Assembly (NCBI GenBank): GCA_002633005.1
Contig: NMRA01000256.1
Coordinates: 1-64,000, forward strand
Direction of reading: 5' to 3'
From: Phoronis australis
Taxonomy: Eukaryota; Animalia; Phoronida
DNA length: 64,000 bases
Both the position numbers and the translations under genes were made by a program. Shown here piece after piece: positions 63,666-64,000 of this stretch. Below the pieces are notes generated by a model, which saw only the letters and a program-made list of their open reading frames with translations, did not search any database and was not told the DNA's origin. The stretch's first letter is position 1; every line of letters begins with the position of its first letter.

Positions 63666-64000
63666 CTGAAAATAAAAGTATGTAGTGAACATAACAAGGC
63701 TGATATGTCTCATGGAAGTTACTTAAAACTAAAAAACATAAATATGGTCTTGCACTCCTACTTCACAATTGCTGAGTAAAAGTTTAACCAAGTAATAATG
63801 AACGTTTCATGGTCTAGAAGTATTTTATCTAATTAATCTTAATAACTATCAGACGGTTCAGTTCTCAGACATTGCACTTTTCCTCAAGTGAGATTTAACT
63901 AAAATTTCTGAAATAGTTGTGTGAAGCATAAGACCAAATTTTTGACTCAAGTCCCTCTTCATGACACAGGGTATGGACTTAATTAGGAACTCACAAACTT

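Overview
Eukaryotic (invertebrate animal-like) genomic DNA: AT-rich, GT-AG introns, two N gaps. Three host genes can be read by hand. (1) An intronless GT10 alpha-1,3-fucosyltransferase (+, 2007-3017). (2) A 7-coding-exon minus-strand gene (24287-8092) for a predicted secreted 332-aa WSC + EGF + F5/8C (discoidin) protein, mostly missed by the ORF track. (3) The last six exons of a BTBD16-like gene (-, 63665-58729). The region looks like an old tandem duplication of the [WSC-EGF-F5/8C, BTBD16] pair with reciprocal decay. The left copy keeps the WSC gene plus a broken BTBD16 (29689-35493). The right copy keeps BTBD16 plus only an orphan EGF exon. A further 7.6-kb near-identical repeat between N gaps may be an assembly or haplotype artefact. 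Mobile relics include Penelope, a Polinton terminus with pPolB, a Helentron-like element, Tc1/mariner, an L1/Tx1 LINE, MITEs, and a Ngaro/DIRS retrotransposon whose empty site is visible in the paralogous block. All family assignments rest on recalled motifs; no database search was run.
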